Below the pieces are notes generated by a model, which searched no databases, was not told where the DNA came from, and worked only from the letters and a program-made list of their open reading frames with translations. A stretch of DNA of 64,000 nt from Antedon mediterranea (taxonomy: Eukaryota; Animalia; Echinodermata), in the NCBI RefSeq assembly GCF_964355755.1, contig NC_092680.1, positions 8,122,001-8,186,000 of the forward strand. Reading direction: 5' to 3'. Positions 1-10,895 of this stretch are shown one piece after another. A program made the translations under genes and the position numbers. How positions within the stretch are numbered: position 1 is the stretch's first letter; the number at the start of each line of letters is the position of its first letter.

Positions 1-77
1 ATTCATTTCTGGGCCAATTTTAATTTTTATTATTCAGAGTTTTCATTAATAGTTTTTTGTTGATTGCACAATTACAG

Positions 78-1083
78 GTCTTACTTTGCTGAATCCACCT
101 TATACAGTTAGACATGATGGAGACGACGGGCACTGGGCTGACATATTTAAAGGTAACCATCTTCTATATTTACATTTTCTGTTTATAATATTTATTTCTT
201 CTTTTCGAGTTTTTAAAGTGAGTCATAAACTAAGACGATCACCACATGGTCCAAGTCGGTCAGTCGACCCCTCATTTTGTACTTTATAATCGTTCACTTT
301 CCTGCTACACATTCCCAGTCTTCCTATAAGTCTATGGCAAGATTTCGTACTACGCCAGACCACCTTTAATAATGTTATGGAATAGCAATGTTTAATATAG
401 AGACATTTTGTGTAACTTGCATTGTCAGATATCAATACGTACATCGTATTTGGCGGATTCTCATTTCTTGTGATACTCAGTGTTTTTATCGTATACGCCA
501 TCGGAGATATCAGGTAGGTCTAAATACGATTAATTAATTCATTCATTAGCAATACAACACACAAGAAAATGATGTATAAGGGAACAAGATTACAAACAAT
601 GGGCCTCACTATACTTGTAAGGGGAGGGGCACCTTCCATCAAAAGCAAAAAAAAACATCGTCAAAGATTAATAATAATAATATTCAAATACAAATTTTGC
701 AAATGAGCACCGATGGTAGAATGATGACAATGGTGATGATAACGGTGGATAAAATAACTGAGAAAATAGGCAACGTTCGACAACCTGTGGCCGTATTCAC
801 CATTCACACTATAGGGAAACAACATAAACATTTATATCTCTTATTTAAATGAATAGGGCCTACAATTTAAAGGAAATACTTAAATAAGGGAAATAAAGTG
901 TGATTGGTGAATATGGCACCTGGCTAAATCATGGCATGCATAACAATAACAAAATATTGCGGCCAAAACAATTGTGCTTCTAATTTATCTTTTTTTTAAA
1001 TTTGCATTCTTTTATTCAGACATAGGCGACGTGAATTAAAAGAAAACAAGAAAAAACAACAAATTATGCCAACGCATGTTTAG
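78..1083 (+). CDS. 3' part of a single-pass membrane protein gene (5' exons lie outside the window)
   Basis: Three phase-compatible AG/GT exons: 78-152 (LTLLNPPYTVRHDGDDGHWADIFK), 429-513 (INTYIVFGGFSFLVILSVFIVYAIGDI, hydrophobic TM) and 1020-1083 (HRRRELKENKKKQQIMPTHV*, basic stop-transfer tail). AATAAA at about 1151. Family not recognised. Confidence 0.7.
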
Positions 1084-2972
1084 GAGGAGGATGTTTTGGT
1101 CTCAGAAATATATTACGTCACGACTTCTATAACATCTAAGTTGGTGATTGAATAAAAACAATTCAAATTAATTGAATTAAAAAACATTGTAAATTGTAAA
1201 TATAAGTGAATATTGTTTTGTTAATATCTATATAATGTGTAACTTCTAAAATGTGTATATATTTTTATATCTTAAAATAACTTTTTAAATGTTTCTATAT
1301 TTATATCTTACATCTTTTTGGCTGTATAATATTATTATGTACTAGGCCTAATATTTTTTTATTTAAATGTCTATATATTATATAGACATTTAAATTAAAA
1401 AATATTCTGTATGTAAATGTAATCATACTATTTCTTTTTTCAACTTAGGTAACTGTTTATATCAAAGTAAATATTTAAGAAATGGTGTATGCAGTAGTAG
1501 GCTACACTGGAATTGTCGACGTTTTGTAAAATAATGCAAATAGCTCTAGGCATAGAAGAGCTTAATAATAATTATTACTTCCAAAAAATTAAACCAGGTT
1601 ACTCCTTGTCTTAAAATGTACGTTTTATGGTTAATTAGGCCTATGATAAAGGCCTAGAAACTGGCCAGCTAATCTAGCCTGGCATTTGTCTAGTTACTGC
1701 ATTAATTGTCTTTTTTGTGACATGCAAAATCCGTTAATAAAAATTGGAGAAGACTCGACCATGATGGTACGACTAGACCAAGTATTTTCTCTGAAAAGTT
1801 ACGGTTCTGTCATTTGTTTTGCACGCCTTCACACACGATCGATATCGAAAACAGGCCTAAGTTGGTGCATCACAGAAGCAAAATGAAAATATCAATCCGC
1901 GCGCAATCGACTTATTTTTTTCACATTTTTACCGTTTAAAAACGAAAAAAACAGGCGATATACCGTAAATGATTATGTCGTTATTACCAGCTGCTCATCA
2001 TCCTGATGTGATAATAGGCCTATTTGTGACACATTAAATTTACGTATAAATAGACGCAAAGTAAAATATAATACTAATTAATTATTTAATTTCTGTTAAC
2101 GTACAGTCCTTATTATATAGATTTATAAATAAAAAATTAAAAAGGCCGATTTATTTTTTCTTTGTGAGTGAATGCCTCATGCGTGATTCAGCAGGCCTGT
2201 TGAAAAAAAACAACAATTTCCGCAAACATGGAAGTAAATTGTAACGGTGGTTGTAACTTATTTCCCCATTCTCAAACGAATACGTGAGTATAGGAATATC
2301 GTATCAAATACATTATTACTTATAACTTATAATGTAGGCCTAAAGCAGACTGAGGAAAATTATTGTTTGTATTTTTATGTGGCAAAGTAGGCGTATTTAT
2401 TTTTATTTTATTTTATTGTTTTTGCATACTCATCAACATTATCCATTAATTAAATGACTAATTAATAAAACTCTATAGATTAAAGAAAGATTAGTTGTGG
2501 TTATGATTTTTTCTTTCCAAATCCAAAACACCTTGATTTAAATCATGTAAACAGTTGTAATTACGTTTTTACTATAGAAAATGCCACTCCTTCAATCATT
2601 TCCTTAAAACACTTAACAGAAAGAATTACATAATTTCACACTACTAACTATCGAGTATCGGAACAACCTCCTTATTGATAGTATTAAGTTTAGTTTCAAT
2701 TTTAAACGGATAGGTCTATATAATATATGAAGATTGTTCTAAATCAATCAGGAAACATCCCAATGCTATAAAACTTACTGTTCACAACAGGAAAAAAAAC
2801 AAATAAACCGTCAGCTGAAAGTGTAATTTGATTGGCCAATCAAAAAAGATTACCGGTCCCACAGATTATAAATAGAATCGTTGAGAGAAGAGAGAAACTA
2901 TTTTACAGGTGTAGAAGACGTTGGACTTTATTAAATCATTTATTTGAAATATATTAAAGAAAAGAAGCAACC

Positions 2973-5900
2973 ATGTGGAATTGTTACTGTTTATTGGGTT
3001 TCTTCATTGGATTGGCATTCAATGGAAATATGGTTTATTCATATGGTAGGTGGAGAATACAATTACTTATTATAGTATAGTATTCAGAAGTATAGTAGTA
3101 TATTACTTAGTATAGTACAGGCCTGGTATTTATAGTATAGTATTTAGAAGTATAGTAGTATATTATTTAGTATAGTACAGGCCTGGTATTTATAGTATAG
3201 TATTTAGAACTATAGTAGTATATTATTTAGTATAGTACAGGCCTGGTATTTATAGTATGGTATTCAGAAGTAAAGTAGTATATTACTTAGTATAGTACAG
3301 GCCTGGTATTTATAGTATAGTATTTAGAAGTATAGTAGTATATTATTTAGTATAGTACAGGCCTGGTATTTATAGTATAGTATTTAGAAGTATAGTAGTA
3401 TATTATTTAGTATAGTACAGGCCTGGTATTTATAGTACCGTATAGTATTTAGAAGTATAGTAGTATATTATTTAGTATAGTACAGGCCTGGTATTTATAG
3501 TACCGTATAGTATTTAGAAGTATAGTAGTATATTATTTAGTATAGTACAGGCCTGGTATTTATAGTATAGTAATTAGAAGTATAGTAGTATATTATTTAG
3601 TATAGTACAGGCCTGGTATTTATAGTACCGTATAGTATTTAGAAGTATAGTAGTATATTATTTAGTATAGTACAGGCCTGGTATTTATAGTATAGTATTT
3701 AGAAGTATAGTAGTATATTATTTAGTATAGTACAGGCCTGGTATTTATAGTATAGTATTTAAACAAAAACGAAAAATTTTTGGTGAATTCTAGAATCAAT
3801 ATAATATTATATACCTATAGTTAAGTATAATTTCCGTACTTTATTGAGTTTAAGTTGTTATTGGTACCAGCTCTATCTATAATAAAACGAACATATCTTA
3901 ATCTGCTATAATATAACATTTTTTTAATTTGACTGTGAGTAATTAGCTTTGGCCTAGCCCTTAATTAATGTGTAGCCTTTAAATAAATTCTACTTAAAGG
4001 AATATTATTATATCGATTTTTTAAAGTAGAATTTCATTTTCTCGAAAGGCTATAACAGTTTTCTACTTTCTTGTTTCCACTTTTATTCATATTTGTTTTT
4101 TTCTTTCTGTAAGAATGTGAAATGGGTTGGACATTATTTGATGAAAGCTGTTACAAAGCCTACACACCAGAAGATGTGTGTGATGACTATGGGGCATATA
4201 TTGTGTCAATCTCTAGTCCAAATGAAAATGAATTCGTTAGAAATACACCGACATACTACAATGAAACAACGGGGATGGACAGTCGTCGTATTGGATTGAC
4301 TATTGTAAGTTTACTTACTTAAGCTCTGTCTACACTATCAAACTTTATGTGAAAAAAAAATGTGATGTGCCCATATATAGACATGATTATGTCATACCAC
4401 TACCATATTTGGGTATATCACTGCCATATTTGGGCACATCACACTTGTTTGATAGAGACATAGCTTTACGCCTCTTACTTATTTTGTTTCAATTTCAACA
4501 ATGACAATGGTAAGTAAATTTTTTTTTAAATGACCAGACTGGGCATATTATTGACATGGTCTATCCTTTCATTCTTCTTTTTTTTCTGGTAAAGATCCCC
4601 AAAAGCTATTGTTTAGAATCTTACTACTCTTAATTAGTAATTTTCTGTTATTTCAGTTTGTGTTGTGTGTTGCACGTTGGCTATCTTGTGACAATGTTTA
4701 AAAAGGCAATACACACTCAAGTGTTTTCACCTAAAGTCTGAATGTTTAAAATACATTATTTAAGGCATTTATGATAATTAAACTGATAATAACAAGATAT
4801 TAAGAAAATATTAATATAAAGAAATATTTTTGTAGTCCAAATTATTATTTTTCTTGGTATGAACTAACCATTATCTTTAAAATATTGTTAGGATGTTAAA
4901 AATGAATTGCGATATTCATGGAAAAATGGCGAAACAGATCAATTTACAAACTGGGCCACAGATCAGCCTGATCACGACGGTAAGACAACAATGAAATGCA
5001 TTTTAATATTAATTGAATTTTTCAGTATGTACAACTTATTGTTGCGTTAGAATTTGGAGAAAACAATTTTCTAAAATTCAGAATAACTTACATTAAATGC
5101 TTTTATTCGTTCTAGAATACGTTCATATGAACATTCAGACGGGCTTATGGCAAACCAATTTTTACAACGGACGTCTGCCAATCTGCGAGAAGCCACGAGG
5201 TAAGTGACGATTAGGAGAAGTACACATCTAGGATAACGATACCTTATTGAAAGCTATTTTAGAGATCATTTTAAAATTGTTCTACTAAAATTACTGCTTA
5301 TTATTGTTTTTTCTGCAATATTATATGACTTGTTTGTTTCAATGTAGACGTTTCTGATTAATAACTAAACACCTTGCTGAAATATTGGTTAAAGAGTACA
5401 CAAAATATTGTTACTGCAATAACTGCAGTAATTGATGATCCCTTAATGAGTAATAGTTTTAAGAAATATAATAATGAGAATGTCGATGGTAATCTACATT
5501 AATCTCCAACGTACTTTGACTTAAATCATGGCATAAAGGTGTGGAATCGGAAGTTCCAAACGTCAGATTTCTAACCTTGTAGGCTACAGGTGCGGCGAGG
5601 ATATAATGAGATTATGTCAAATTGTGTCAAATTATGACAGTACAAGGACACGTGTCTATATTTTTTATAATTTCATAATTTTTTAATAATATATTGTTTT
5701 TCAATATCTTGCTTTCATTTTGTTTTAGTGACGTATAAGTTATGATGATGATGATTATGATAAGAATGATGTTGATTATGAAAATGATGATAGGTGATAA
5801 TAGTAATGATGATGATGTATTATCAGCACAAAATTATTATAAATAAAATGAAAGTTATCTTGTACAGGTCGTCGCAGTGAATGTCCTATTGGCTGGGAAA

Positions 5901-8146
5901 AACTTGACGATTCATGTTATAAAGCACCAAATTCTGCCGAAATATGCTCTTCTGTGGGTTCACATCTAATAACAATACACAGTCAACGTGAAAATAATTT
6001 TGCTAACATTCTTGGCGATACGTCAAACAGAGGAGCCTCCTACCGAATTGGCTTGACAGTTGTAAGTTGTGGTTTTAAGATTAGAATTAGTGTAAGATTA
6101 GTAGATTAGATTATACTGTGTATGTGAATGAACAAAGAACGTACTGAGATCAGAGAGATCTAACAGCGGATGAAAATTGTCAGCTGATGACAATGGAAGT
6201 GTTTGTACTTATTTCTATATTTTAAAGCCATTGAACAGTTCTTTTACGATCATCAAACGTTTTATTTTTTTTTTTCAGGAAAAAAACAATTCTGAACCAT
6301 TTTCCTGGCAAGATGGATTTAAAGTTACATATACAAATTGGGAAACCGATAAACTGAGAAAGCAGAAAATGACGAAAGGTTGATAAGCAATTATTATTAA
6401 TGTGATAATTTTGATACCATTTAGTTACCGTACTAGTAATACTGCAATTGATAAAACACAGCCAATTTTTTAACTGATAAAATGCTTTCTTCATTTAACT
6501 CATACACATTCATTATTTGTATATAATACACATACTTAAATACAACAATAATTATAGAGTAAATTAAAACAAATAAATGATTACGATTATCTTACCAATG
6601 TTTATTATTCCAGTTGTATATATGACAACCGGTTCAGGGCAAGGAAAGTGGAATATAAAACGTGATTACTTCAACCCTATTTGCGAGAAAAAAGCACGTA
6701 AGTGTTTAGAAGAAAAGCGGACTTAAAGGTCTTCCTTGTAAATCATTTTATTAATATACGATTATCTTGTCATAAACCTTTATTGATATAATATACAAAC
6801 TATGTTTAATAAGCAATTAATATCTAGGCCTAATATGATAAGGTAATCTACTGTGATTTAAATATTTCTTCGTGAGATACTAAAAACAGGAACATTACAA
6901 TTGAAAGCAAACGTGACATTCGCTATTTAGTATTTACTGTACCAATTGTGGTATAGCATAAAACATGTAAAACTGCATTCTGAACATAAAATATTAATAT
7001 GACCATTGTGTTGTCTGTAGTCGCTGATAAACCACCTGTACTTAGATGCCCTACAACTGTTATGACTTACGAGACAGAAACTGCTGACGGATTGACTGCC
7101 ATGGTCAACTATGATTTGCCCGAAGTTAAAGATAACTCACATAAGAACTTGGTTGCAGAGTGTTCTCCAGCCCCTGGAAGTCATTTTAGGCTAGGGGAGA
7201 CAACTGTGCATTGTAGTGCCACTGACGCGTATGGACATAGGGGTGATTGTACTTTTATGGCAAATGTAGTAGGTACGTTTCTTTAATTATTTAATTTCAT
7301 AATATAAAATGACAATAAGAAAAGATAATTGTAAATGCTATAAACATTATTGACATAGTTTTTTCAGAAAAAAACCCAAAATATAATTGTATTTTATTTG
7401 AGAATTTCAATCCAATTTCTAGCTGCCATGGGTGAATTTGAAAACATTACAACAGATCCTCCTAAAATCTCGTGCCCAACTGATCGCATGCGCATCTTGA
7501 CCAATAGTGCAGAAGGAGCGCAGGTATTCTACTACCCAGCAACTTACGTGTATGCCGAAAGAGAGCAGTTAGCTCCATGTAGCCCGGCGTCTGGTAGTCA
7601 TTTTGAAGTCGGAATAACTACTGTCTCTTGCCAAGCAATGGATTTGCTTGGTAGAAGCGATAAATGTTCTTTCGAAATCAGTGTAGAGGGTAAGGATTTA
7701 AAAAAAGTTTTATCGAGCAACATTGCTGTTTTATTTTGTAATAAACCAATGACAACGGTGTGTAATTGATTAATAATTATCGTTATATTAATTACCGTAC
7801 AAAGATGTTTCCTAAATCTCACACCATGGAGTAGATTTTCTTTAAACAATTGACGTTTTTCCTTGAAAGGGAGAAACACATTTGTATATTTGGCATTGGT
7901 ATCCTTTATTTGCCGTTGATTACTGTAACTATACATTGCAACGAAAAGCGTTAGCGTCCAATGTACAGTTAACAACAAATGTGTGTTGTTGTTGTTGTTA
8001 TTAGAAGAAGAAGAAGAAGTTGTGGAATGTGATCCAGATAGCATCAATGCTCAGGCGTCAAGTAATACAGCAGAATCATCAGGTATTATTGGTTAAAGGT
8101 GTGATACTGATGATGATAATGATGATGATGATGATGATGACGTTGT

Positions 8147-8177
<31 letters not shown>

Positions 8178-8178
8178 A

Positions 8179-8221
<43 letters not shown>

Positions 8222-8505
8222 CGTTGTTGATGATGATGATGATGATGATGACGTTGATGATGATGATGATGATGATGATGATGACGATGACGATGATCAT
8301 GATGGCGATGAAGATGGCGATAAAGATGGCGATGATGACGATAATGATGACGATAATGATGATGATGTTGATGACGTTGATGATGATGATGTTGATGATG
8401 ATGATGATGAGGATGATGATGATAATGATGACGACGACGATAATGATGATGATGATGATGATAATGATGACGACGATGACGATGATGATGACGATGACGA
8501 TGATA

Positions 8506-8538
<33 letters not shown>

Positions 8539-9503
8539 AATATGACGATGATAAAGATGACGCGATATGTATTTCAGACGATGGTGACAAGAATCAACGT
8601 TGATGACAAAATAAATAACAATAATTCGTCACCAAAGTCAATTAAGTGGTATTTACAGAAAAGGAGATGCTTAAACGTTATTAATGGTGTTTGCTGAAGT
8701 GTCCTACACAAAGTTGTGAGAAATGTGTGCAGTGTTTAAGAAGAGCAGAAACTCAATTCGGATTCTTTACAAAACGTACAGTGTGTAATCCCACGGCGGA
8801 ACGAATCCGAGCTCGATGTGAGAATTTTGAAGAGTGTGATTGAGAATACGATCAAATGATCTTGACACAGCTATTGATGCTGACAATGATTATAATTTTT
8901 ATAATGATGGTGCATGACAATGACTATTGTGTAAAATTGTGTTTATTCTACTTAGGTGCATACATAATCCCAGTGGTTGTCGTCGCAATTTGTGTGCTTG
9001 TCATTATCGTGGTCATCATCGTAGCTGTTAAGGTTGTCAAGCGTAAACTTTCCAGGTAAATAAAAGGTATTTAACGTATTTAATAACTGACATATTGTCT
9101 GCTATATTACATTTCTGTAGGCTGTGATAAGGCTGTGTAATTAAAAGGAACAGTCGCGGTAACCGAGTGGTTAGGACATTCGACTATCATCGATCTGGCC
9201 GTTAAAAAAGGAAAACTGTAAATTACATTGTTTAGCCCACAGATGATGGCCAATTTAAAAGATCATTTTAAAGGTTAAATTGCACTTATATTATGTTTTT
9301 TACACATAGTTTTTTTATCTTTGTATATTTCTAGTTACAACCCATCGAATGTAACAATGGCAACTGGTAACCTGTATAACGATACATCCATCGACCCTGT
9401 AGGACCAGTCACTGCTTTTGACGATGTCAAAGCTGACCAACACATGAATCAAGATATAGAAGCAACACCGCCCGAGAATCCTACGAGTTCATTCAGCGCC
9501 TAG
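2973..9503 (+). CDS. Type I membrane protein: signal peptide, 2 atypical C-type lectin-like domains, 2 HYR domains, acidic linker, TM, short cytoplasmic tail
   Basis: Approximate exons: 2973-3045 (MWNCYCLLGFFIGLAFNG signal); CTLD1 4114-4304, 4892-4979, 5116-5199 (CEMGWTLFDESCYK...YSWKNGE...FTNWATDQPD...PICEK); CTLD2 5868-6061, 6279-6378, 6614-6697 (CPIGWEKLDDSCYK...FSWQDG...YTNWE...PICEK); HYR 7021-7272 and 7422-7689 (PP.L.CP...C.P.SGS.F..G.TTV.C.A.D..G....C.F); linker 8005-8082; TM 8957-9055 (YIIPVVVVAICVLVIIVVIIVAV-KVVKRK); tail 9335-9503. All junctions GT-AG. Confidence 0.85.
3072..3760. repeat. Intronic tandem repeat, 60-bp unit (some longer variants), about 11 copies
   Basis: Unit TATAGTATAGTATTTAGAAGTATAGTAGTATATTATTTAGTATAGTACAGGCCTGGTATT is repeated head-to-tail in intron 1 of the lectin/HYR gene. 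Confidence 0.95.
4322..4465. mobile_element. MITE family A (PIF/Harbinger-like, about 140 bp), representative copy
   Basis: Termini AGCTCTGTCTACACTATCAAAC...GTTTGATAG(TGT)AGACA(G/T)AGCT. Flanks are TTA/TTA here and TAA/TAA at 56230-56359 (3-bp TWA TSD, typical of PIF/Harbinger). Further copies at about 14115-14250, 36452-36590, 36677-36830, 40405-40522, 45640-45752, 46636-46777, and a fragment at 61958-61980. Confidence 0.85.
8103..8560. repeat. Imperfect (GAT)n microsatellite, about 450 bp
   Basis: GAT triplets with in-register GAC/AAT/GTT/GGC variants. It generates the poly-M, poly-I and poly-S ORFs in the ORF track. Confidence 0.95.
9155..9260 (+). mobile_element. Possible degenerate tRNA-derived SINE remnant
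   Basis: GCGGTAACCGAGTGGTTAGG resembles a tRNA A-box/D-arm head, and a similar head occurs at about 17298 (GCGGTTACGGTGAGTGGTTAGG). No cloverleaf and no clear B box. Confidence 0.35.
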
Positions 9504-10485
9504 GTACATTAGTATAATAAGTCGTCTCCAAAATAGTTGAATGAACAGTTTTACTGATATAGTTTGTGGTATCATTTTGTTTTTGGACACACTCAAACCC
9601 AGAATTTACAAAATATTGAATATAGAAAATAAATTAGTTTTATTAATTTAATTTAATTAATATACGGTTATGTACTCTCTGATTAATTCTAATGTTTGTT
9701 TATTTGTTATGATAAAGTAAATAGCGTAATAGATAAGGAAAACTAAAATAAAATTATTGGTATCACGTCCGGGATTTGAATTGTTTATAATATAATATTT
9801 CCAATGCATTGACATTCCATTCATTAACTATATAGGCCTATGTATGTATTTTATATATAATTATGTTTATATTATGATTTTGTATCAAGTAAAATGACAT
9901 TATTAATATTTTAAAGCCAGTGGTGGAACGTATAGTTTTAAAAATTGATTTGGATTTTATATACTTTAATTTAGTATTTACCATACACTTACGATTGCAC
10001 ATGACGATGATCTGTATACGATGCATCTTAACACGTCAGGTTCAGTTATTTGTCGAGTTGCCCCATTAAATACGTCACGTATGAACAATTTATAACTTGT
10101 AATTAGTCTATTTCTTAGTTTGTTTTTCATACAATTGTTTTATGTTATCATACATTTTTAATAAATATTATTATCTAAACATAAATTTAGTATAGTTTTT
10201 CAATAATAAAAAAACTTTGTGTTTGTCTTTTTATGTTACACAAATCATAAATCAAGTTCATAGAGCCAAAAATATTCACGGAATCATCATAAAAACATAC
10301 TATAAAATGTACCGATAAAGACATCACTGTAAAATTAAATGATTTGATCTCTTATAAGAAAAAACTTGAGGACACATTCAGACTTGGTTATTTACCCGGA
10401 TAAGTTATAAGTTTCATATAGTATTATAGCAACCGGTTAAATAGCTAAGCTAATGGGTCTATTGAAAAGGCAATCGAAGGGTCAT

Positions 10486-10664
10486 GTTCAGCCGTGAAAT
10501 GTGCAAAAAGTTAAATGTGTGCAAACAACCACATTTGTATAATCATTTTTTAAGATTTTCACATTTGAGTGCAACATGTTTGCAAAAATGTAGTTGTTTG
10601 CACATTTGAGGCAAATGTGGTTGTTTGCACAAATGTGACTTTTTGCACATTTCACGGCTCAACA
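10486..10664. mobile_element. Small palindromic MITE-like element
   Basis: Inverted termini TGTTCAGCCGTGAAATGTGCAAAAAGT...ACTTTTTGCACATTTCACGGCTCAACA, with internal GTGCAAACAACCACATTT sub-repeats. Confidence 0.7.
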
Positions 10665-10895
10665 GGTAATCTCTTGCGTTAGTCATACGCTTGTGCGACT
10701 TCGGGACATTTAGAATATTTAAACTGTAAACTTAAACGACACGACGGTGTATACATGGTAACAATCTAAGATCTCAATTGGGCTTTACAATAATACTTTC
10801 TTGTAATAAAGCGCGTACGTGCCAAATTATGCGATGCACAATAAGAAGTAAGAAACATTTAATTATTTTATTAAACCTGTCAGTGATGACTATAT

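Noticed and set aside
8020-8697. 225-aa poly-Met ORF and the antisense poly-Ile and poly-Ser ORFs
   Set aside because: These are by-products of the (GAT)n tract and are not in frame with the spliced gene.
9155-9200. tRNA gene
   Set aside because: Only an A-box-like head is present, with no acceptor stem, anticodon arm or T-arm. It is at most a SINE remnant.
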